DNA of 64,000 nt from Candidatus Omnitrophota bacterium (GTDB lineage: Bacteria > Omnitrophota > Gorgyraeia > Duberdicusellales > 4484-171), in NCBI GenBank assembly GCA_003154195.1, contig PMCS01000008.1:79366-143365 (forward strand), given 5' to 3'. How positions within the stretch are numbered: the first letter of the stretch is position 1; every line of letters begins with the position of its first letter. The translations under genes and the position numbers were made by a program. Of the stretch, positions 57,927-64,000 are shown piece after piece. The notes under the pieces were generated by a model. It had not been told where the DNA came from. It saw nothing but the letters and a program-made list of their open reading frames with translations, and did not search any database.

Positions 57927-60900
57927 CTATGGTTGAGAACCCGGCGCTTTCGGCGTGCCGGTTAAACCATTAATATCCACGGGCTTCCTGAATAAAAAAT
58001 TACCCGTCGTAACTTTCTGCACGCTGCCGTCTTGTTTGTTTAATTGCACATAATACTTCTTCCCACCTTTTTTAACGCCGACACTCCACGATAAATCGGC
58101 ATCTTTAACCGAGATAACTTCTCCGCCGATCGCCAACCCCGCAAAATGCGCGGCGCCGTCATGGGTAAGCCTCTCTTTAATAAATTCTTGCTTTTGGGAA
58201 TCTACTTTTATTATCAGATAACCGAGAGACGAAAGAAATTGGAATTCCCATCCATCATGCCAGGGGTTTGTCTCTTCCCCCGTTATGACCGTTATTTTAT
58301 TATTGGCTAAAATCTTTTGAGCTTCCTGATAACAATAATCTTTAAGCAAACGCAGGGTTAACTTAACCGAAGCATCTTCTTCTATCTCGGCAAGCGCGCT
58401 CCATTTTTTTGAAGCAAGGCTGATTATCCATCGGCCGTTCTTAAAATCTTTCCGCACCGGTAAAAAATATTTTTCTCCGCTCTCCTTCGCCGCCGCGGCG
58501 ACAGCTAAATCATCCGCCTCCGGCGCCGAAAGGTACTTCTTCAGAGTTACCTTTTCCGATTCATCTTCAACAACCAGAATCATCCCTTTAGGGTAATAAA
58601 AATTCCACATATTATTTTGCTGCCAGATTGCCAGAGGTTCTTCGCTCGCGTTTTCTTTCGCGATTTGCTTAACCCTTGTTTCGCTGATGGTTTTCTTCTG
58701 GTTCACTACTTTCCCCGATTTTTTATTCACCTTAAAAGTATAATTATAATCGGCAGTATTATAATTCAGGATATATAAAAAACCGCGCACTTCGATATTT
58801 TCTTCTTTTAAATCGAGATCGGGAAATATTTTTTTTATTTCCGTTATCGCCTCCTGCTTGGAAAAGGCGGGAAATTCCGCTTTTAATTCGCGCCGCAGGA
58901 TATCGAAATAAAAGTCGATAATCTTTTTGTTATAATCAATGGCGATTTTCCAGGCAACCGCCACATTCTTTTCAATAAGATTAACCGCTACCTCCTTAGG
59001 ATGAATATTCATCTCCCTGCCCACGTGGCTTTTAACGTCGATCTCGGAAAGCCTGTTCGCCGTAGGCAGAAGAACCGCTACCTTTTCCCAGAGCTGAGCC
59101 GAACGACGATTATCTTCGCGAGCCAAAACAATCTCCACCAGCTTGTCCTGCGCTTCTTTTTCTAATTTAAGCGGAGCGTCGAAGCGGCAGAATTTGCCCT
59201 CATCTTTCACCCGGTCAACTACATTGCCGAGAGAATCCCGTTTCAGGGTGTTAATCTTCCAGTCAGCCCGGTGCACGCGCGTTATTAAAAGCTGTACGTT
59301 TCTAAACCGCGCCTCATCGGCGGGTATCCCTTCTTTTGCCAACTCCGCAAGGCAGAGTTTTATGACTTCTTCCGGCTCAATGTCAAGAATAAACGGCTCG
59401 CCCCTGGCAATTCCGAAATTAAAACCTTCAAAGATTGTTTCGGGGAGTAAAACCGTCGTTCTCGCTTGCTCGCCTTCCTGGCCGGTTGCCTCTTTTCCGC
59501 TCAGGTAAAAAGTTTTATAATTGCCCTGCACCTGGCGGCTCATGACCATGGAAATAAGAGACGGCGGTAAAATACGGTGGAAACTGGCAACCCTTCTCGT
59601 CTTTACCAAAATTACCTCTCCGGAACGCAGTTTAATCAAAAATTGCTCGTTATCAAGAATATCCAAAAATGTGGCCAGTTTATCGAATTTTACTCCTGAC
59701 TGAAAACCGTTCTCTAAAATCTTCTCTTTTTCTTTATTGGTGGAAAGTTTGCCGATAACCCAGGTATCGCAATCATTGATCCCTTTAAAATCGATATCTT
59801 CTAAATACTGGGTAGCTAATACGCAGCAAACGCCGGAATTCTTGCTTTCTCTTAATAATAATTCGATCGCCGGCCTGGCTACAAAATGAAACGGATCGGT
59901 AGATAAAAATGACCGCTTTGAGCCGATCTCATCGATATAAAATATAAGGCGCGGCCGATCGCTGGGGCCCTGTTTTTTCATCCAGCAATAAATCGAATAA
60001 GCAACCTGGGAAATAACCAGGTAACGGTCTTCAAAAGTTTCCAGCTCGGAAAGATTAATGATGTTGATAGGTGTTTTATCGAACCTTTGGGAAAATAAAT
60101 CAATATCCAAGGGGACGCCGTCATACCAAATACGCTCGGCGCCGTTCAAGTGTTCGCGTAATTTATCCGCTAAGAGTTTGCGCACGGGCTCCGGTATGTA
60201 TTCATCGACCGGCGCGTCCCCCACCTTCGCCAACGGCAGGTGATCGATCAAATCAATAAAGCGTGCCAAACCTTTAATACCATGAATCTCAATACCATTC
60301 AACCAGCTATAAAGAATCAATTCCGATAAAAAATTCTTCTCCCGGTCTTTCTGATTTATTTCTTCGTTAACGTACAGACGGCCGATAAGAGCGCTTATCA
60401 GAAAATCGATTGCCGTAAAAATATTTTCCCGCTCTTTATCGTAAAGCTCTTTTATATTTTCGGGAGCCGGAGGCAGTAAAGAAATCGCCAAAGGTATGCC
60501 TGATTTAGAACGCGGGGTAAAGACAGCGACCTCAACCGTATCCTTTAATCGTTTAACATAATCCTCGGTCAAGCCAAATCTTCCCAGGTGCCTCATTTGG
60601 TTATCGAATTCCTGTCTTGCCCGGTCTCGCCAGTCTTCACTTTGTCCGTATTCTTCGGAAAAAAATTCGAAATATTCCGGCGAGGTTTTATCGAATAAAA
60701 GGCACAGAGAGGAAAGGTCGCCTTTAAGGTCAATGATAATCGAGGGCACTTCCTTTTGCGCTGCTTCTTCGATAATGCTTTTGGCAAAAACAGTCTTACC
60801 ACAAGCCGGTGACCCGCAGATAAAAACATGGCCCATGAGATTCCCCATGGGCAGGAAAAATTTTGAAAGCAGCCCTCCGCCGCTTTCCAGCGAAATGCGA

Positions 60901-60941
60901 TTACCCAAAAATAAGCTTTCTAAACGTAAATCGTCCGACAT
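57927..60941 (-). CDS. HerA/DUF853-type P-loop ATPase with repetitive PepSY-like C-terminal half
   Basis: HVFICGSPACGKT, IIDLKGDLS, FYIDEI, VLATQ. Start ATG 60941 preferred. Confidence 0.75.
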   Translation of the reverse strand: MSDDLRLESLFLGNRISLESGGGLLSKFFLPMGNLMGHVFICGSPACGKTVFAKSIIEEAAQKEVPSIIIDLKGDLSSLCLLFDKTSPEYFEFFSEEYGQSEDWRDRARQEFDNQMRHLGRFGLTEDYVKRLKDTVEVAVFTPRSKSGIPLAISLLPPAPENIKELYDKERENIFTAIDFLISALIGRLYVNEEINQKDREKNFLSELILYSWLNGIEIHGIKGLARFIDLIDHLPLAKVGDAPVDEYIPEPVRKLLADKLREHLNGAERIWYDGVPLDIDLFSQRFDKTPINIINLSELETFEDRYLVISQVAYSIYCWMKKQGPSDRPRLIFYIDEIGSKRSFLSTDPFHFVARPAIELLLRESKNSGVCCVLATQYLEDIDFKGINDCDTWVIGKLSTNKEKEKILENGFQSGVKFDKLATFLDILDNEQFLIKLRSGEVILVKTRRVASFHRILPPSLISMVMSRQVQGNYKTFYLSGKEATGQEGEQARTTVLLPETIFEGFNFGIARGEPFILDIEPEEVIKLCLAELAKEGIPADEARFRNVQLLITRVHRADWKINTLKRDSLGNVVDRVKDEGKFCRFDAPLKLEKEAQDKLVEIVLAREDNRRSAQLWEKVAVLLPTANRLSEIDVKSHVGREMNIHPKEVAVNLIEKNVAVAWKIAIDYNKKIIDFYFDILRRELKAEFPAFSKQEAITEIKKIFPDLDLKEENIEVRGFLYILNYNTADYNYTFKVNKKSGKVVNQKKTISETRVKQIAKENASEEPLAIWQQNNMWNFYYPKGMILVVEDESEKVTLKKYLSAPEADDLAVAAAAKESGEKYFLPVRKDFKNGRWIISLASKKWSALAEIEEDASVKLTLRLLKDYCYQEAQKILANNKITVITGEETNPWHDGWEFQFLSSLGYLIIKVDSQKQEFIKERLTHDGAAHFAGLAIGGEVISVKDADLSWSVGVKKGGKKYYVQLNKQDGSVQKVTTGNFLFRKPVDINGLTGTPKAPGSQP

Positions 60942-61193
60942 ATTTTCAATGAGGCTTATCCCGCCGCATTTTGGCGGGATGCAGCCGAATTGGCCCGGCA
61001 CTAATTTTGTCACAGCAAAATCAGTGCCGGGTTATACTCCGCAAAAAATACTGCCATCCGCTTGCGCGGATGGGAAAAAGGTAGATTACAGAAAAACAAC
61101 CAAGAAACAATCACCAAACAATATCTAATCTCATAGTGGTTATTTTAGCACTTTCGGTATTATAGACAAGATTATAAATCTTAACGCTTAAGT

Positions 61194-61877
61194 TTATTTT
61201 TTGCGCCGCGAAAAAAGACCCTTCGCTTCGCTCAGGGTAATTCGACTACCGCCTCGTCCGGCGCGCTTCGCGCTTGGACCCGGCGAAGTCTCATTAAATT
61301 TTTTTAAAAGTTTTTTAAAAACCCTGCCGGGAAATCCCACGACGTTATCGTAGTCTCCCTTAATAGATTTTATAAACTGGCCCCTTAAATCCTGAATCGC
61401 GTAGCTGCCGGCTTTATCGCGGAAATCGCCGCGGCCGAGATAATCGGTTATTTCGTCAGCCTTAAGCTTTTTAAAATTAACTTCCGTCTTCGCATAATCC
61501 GTGACTAATTTTTTATCGCGCCGCCGGCACAGGGCAAGCCCGGTGATAACTTCGTGAGTATTCCCCGATAAAATCGAAAGCATCTTTTTCCCGTCCCGGT
61601 AATTCCGCGGCTTGCCTAAAATCTTATTCTTAAAAACAACAATGGTATCGGCGCCGGCCACAATCAATCGGGGAAATTTTTCAGCTACCGCTTGCGCCTT
61701 TAATGTCGCTGCCAAAACCGCAAATGAAACCGGGTTTTTTTCTTTAATCGCACCTTCATCGATATCGGCAGGGTAAATAATAAAGTCTCTGACGATTTTT
61801 TTAAGGAGATTTATCCGGCGCGGCGAGCGGGAGGCAAGGACAATTTTAATATTTTTATAATTCTTGCGGGGTTTCAT
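61194..61877 (-). CDS. maf: Maf-family nucleoside triphosphate pyrophosphatase
   Basis: LASRSPRR, GADTIV, LGKP, DKAGSYAIQ, NVVGFP. Confidence 0.95.
   Translation of the reverse strand: MKPRKNYKNIKIVLASRSPRRINLLKKIVRDFIIYPADIDEGAIKEKNPVSFAVLAATLKAQAVAEKFPRLIVAGADTIVVFKNKILGKPRNYRDGKKMLSILSGNTHEVITGLALCRRRDKKLVTDYAKTEVNFKKLKADEITDYLGRGDFRDKAGSYAIQDLRGQFIKSIKGDYDNVVGFPGRVFKKLLKKFNETSPGPSAKRAGRGGSRITLSEAKGLFSRRKK
61219..61296. repeat. hairpin plus family B 59-bp element read in-frame inside maf
   Basis: Matches 48022-48100 and 56997-57055. Confidence 0.88.
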
Positions 61878-61914
61878 CGCTATTCTAAATAATTAGCGCG
61901 CCGGAAAAATTTCA

Positions 61915-63558
61915 CTAAATGCCGGCCGATTCTTTTTTTATCCGCATCAGCGGACAGTAATTATTTTTTACGCAGTAAAAAATAATTAGCGGCAGAAAAA
62001 TAACAAATACGCCCGAAATGATAAAGTAAAAATTATGCGATCTCATGAGCGGCATCCCGACGATAACAGCGTCGATGACAAAATGCGCCAGAACAACAGT
62101 TTCGAAACCATACCGTAAAAATACTAAAACAAAGATACTGCCGAATATCGTAAGCTCGATGCCGCGAAGATAAACGGGAAAAAATGCGTAGGTGGAATGA
62201 GCAAAACCCCAGAATAAAGCGGACAAAAAAATTGCCAATAACGTACACTTGGTAAAAGCTTTTAAAAAAGTAAACGCAAAAAGCCGATAGGCCGCCTCTT
62301 CGCCGATCGCCGCGACAAGGCTGATTGTTAATACGGAGATAAACGGCAAAAAAGTGGCCAACGCGTTAGAATAGCTTGTATCCGGTACTATCCAGGCGCC
62401 GAAAAAGTTCTTTGCCCCCAAATAAAATAAAGTGATGTAACCTAAAAATATAAAAGCTAAACTGTAACCAACGATAAATACCGGCGTAATCCGCGAAAAT
62501 TCAATCTTTTTATCTTTAAACGCCCTGTAGACAGTTAACTTATCCCGGGATAGCGCTTCCCCTAAGGTTACATACGCGAAAATAAACATCACTAAACCTA
62601 TAGTAGAGACAACCGCGCCCGAAAGCGCATTCATAAAGAATAAAACCTTACTGATTGTGTCGGGGTAAGAATTCCATATAAGCGGTAAGCCGTTAAAAAA
62701 CGAGAATAAACTTAAAACACCGACAATCGCGCTAAGCAGGACCCCGGGCATCCAGTCAAAACATAAATTTTTTACTTTGAAACCAAGCAGGAATACGGCG
62801 GCGACGGTAAGAATAAACATCGCGATTTGAGACGATACCGCTAAAGCCGCGCCCCAGGATGTTTCTTTATTAAACGAACGCCAGAATTCTTCGGGAATAT
62901 AGAGGTACCTTTTAAACCTGCCGACTTTATCCCCATAAACATCCACGGCTAATCTTAAAGCGGCGTTTTTGACCCGATAATATTTTCTCTCCCATTCAAA
63001 ATAATGGTCGGTTCGATGATTTCGTTTTTCACTGGCGCTTTCTTTAAGCCGATAATCCGCCAGATTAAAACCGGCGGAACTAATCATATTTTGCGCGATA
63101 ACCTTAGCGTTTTTAGAAGAAAGGTCGGCGCCGGGCGAATCGTCAAGCAAAAAATGCCTGAAATTCAAAACATCGCCGCTGGCTGGGTCAACATCGGCGG
63201 CATAACCTTCCTTCTCCAACTCCTTGAACCATCGAATGTGCCAAAAACAAATGGCGACATCCTTGTTGGAAAGACTACTTGACGGAAATTTATACTTATC
63301 CGCGCGTTGGTAATCATTTTTTTGCAAATAGGCAAGCACCGAATCGTTGGAAGAAAAAATTATCGTTTTTTCAAACCCCTGTAAATTAAATTTTTCTTTC
63401 GCGAAAAATAACTCCGCTCTTCTTAAAACTTCTTTTTTATCCAGTTTAAGGTCGACGGGGGCAACAGGAAAGATTTTGCCGAAATACGACAAAAAAATAA
63501 TGATTCCCGCCGCGCCAAAAACCAGCCAAATGATTAAAGGTTTTATATTTTTGCCCAT
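61915..63558 (-). CDS. CPBP (CAAX protease) family intramembrane protease
   Basis: EEAAYR, WGFAH, AHFVID motifs; multiple TM segments; periplasmic N-terminal domain. Confidence 0.88.
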   Translation of the reverse strand: MGKNIKPLIIWLVFGAAGIIIFLSYFGKIFPVAPVDLKLDKKEVLRRAELFFAKEKFNLQGFEKTIIFSSNDSVLAYLQKNDYQRADKYKFPSSSLSNKDVAICFWHIRWFKELEKEGYAADVDPASGDVLNFRHFLLDDSPGADLSSKNAKVIAQNMISSAGFNLADYRLKESASEKRNHRTDHYFEWERKYYRVKNAALRLAVDVYGDKVGRFKRYLYIPEEFWRSFNKETSWGAALAVSSQIAMFILTVAAVFLLGFKVKNLCFDWMPGVLLSAIVGVLSLFSFFNGLPLIWNSYPDTISKVLFFMNALSGAVVSTIGLVMFIFAYVTLGEALSRDKLTVYRAFKDKKIEFSRITPVFIVGYSLAFIFLGYITLFYLGAKNFFGAWIVPDTSYSNALATFLPFISVLTISLVAAIGEEAAYRLFAFTFLKAFTKCTLLAIFLSALFWGFAHSTYAFFPVYLRGIELTIFGSIFVLVFLRYGFETVVLAHFVIDAVIVGMPLMRSHNFYFIISGVFVIFLPLIIFYCVKNNYCPLMRIKKESAGI

Positions 63559-63572
63559 AATGAATAAAAAAT

Positions 63573-63836
63573 GGCTGAGGCAATGGTAATGCCATCCTTC
63601 GCTCTTCGAGCTTCGGAGAAATCTTGCCGAAGCCTTGGCGAAGGCAGACCTTGGCGAAGGCAGACCTTGGCGAAAGCAGACCTTGGCGAAGGCAGACCTT
63701 AGCGAAGGCAGACCTTAGCGAAGGCAGACCTTAGCGAAGGCGGAAAGCCCGTATGGGTTATAGTTAAGGTTATGGCTGTGAATTCGTATCAACCCTAACC
63801 ATTGCCTTAACCCAAACCGGCTTCCTAACCCTAGCC
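63573..63836. repeat. family A element with nested REP-like insert and 16-bp VNTR
   Basis: Aligns with 3170-3310 outside the insert. Confidence 0.85.
63633..63744 (+). repeat. 7 x 16-bp tandem repeat CCTTRGCGAAGGCAGA
   Basis: Contiguous units at 63633, 63649, 63665, 63681, 63697, 63713 and 63729. Confidence 0.95.
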
Positions 63837-63882
63837 GATTATTATTACCAATTTTTTAATTATAGCCGGACACCCTACTTTT

Positions 63883-63999
63883 CTATCGGGAGAAATAAAC
63901 GTCTATCTTCTCTACCGCTTTTTCCCTTACGGCAATGCTTAACGGAACGGGTATAGTATCGCCGTTGATTTCCGTAGTTTTGCCTTTAAGATCGCGCAC
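63883..63999 (-). CDS. 3' end of an unidentified gene entering from beyond the window
   Basis: Open frame ..VRDLKGKTTEINGDTIPVPLSIAVREKAVEKIDVYFSR*. Confidence 0.5.
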   Translation of the reverse strand: MRDLKGKTTEINGDTIPVPLSIAVREKAVEKIDVYFSR

Positions 64000-64000
64000 A

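Noticed and set aside
61144-61153. CIRCE element TTAGCACT
   Set aside because: Only a half site, explained by an extended -10 (TGCTAAAAT) on the minus strand.
263-63589. Most short + strand and nested ORFs in the track
   Set aside because: They are antisense or alternate-frame shadows of well-supported genes and have no motifs.
63633-63744. CRISPR array
   Set aside because: The units are contiguous 16-mers with no spacers, and there are no cas genes.

Overview
A 64-kb bacterial chromosomal segment of moderate GC. It is almost all housekeeping genes on the minus strand: rsmD-recG; nudix-cca-bfn-nrdR-dCMP deaminase-glyA-rpiB-tsaC/PTP; the pur cluster purBLQFM..DE; aldolases, pilT, recJ, glgB, yqeY and an MFS transporter; MacAB-TolC; a groES-like gene; an anti-sigma/STAS-PilZ/TPR/AsmA operon; rpsU; ABC-F; rlmK-like; GIY-YIG; GDT1; comEC-like; ygiQ; greA; a large HerA/DUF853-type ATPase; maf; and a CPBP protease. 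Gene content suggests a PVC-type organism such as Ca. Omnitrophota (inference only). I found no rRNA, tRNA, CRISPR array, integrase or transposase. The striking signal is non-coding: many operon junctions, and several ORFs in-frame, carry small dispersed repeat elements. These are (A) a telomere-like hexamer hairpin element, 4 copies with empty and filled forms; (B) a fixed-length 59-bp hairpin with conserved AATTCGACTAC/AARTCTCATT ends and compensatory stems; (C) a bipartite hairpin with C(GNA)G DNA-type triloops sitting at start and stop codons; and (D) 7-10-mer simple-repeat inverted arms that are empty, carry nested hairpins or bracket AT-rich cargo genes. The elements nest inside each other and donate RBS, stop codons and protein tails. 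Together they look like a single-stranded-DNA hairpin mobilisation/gene-capture system whose enzyme lies outside the window. All calls were made by eye, with no database searches.
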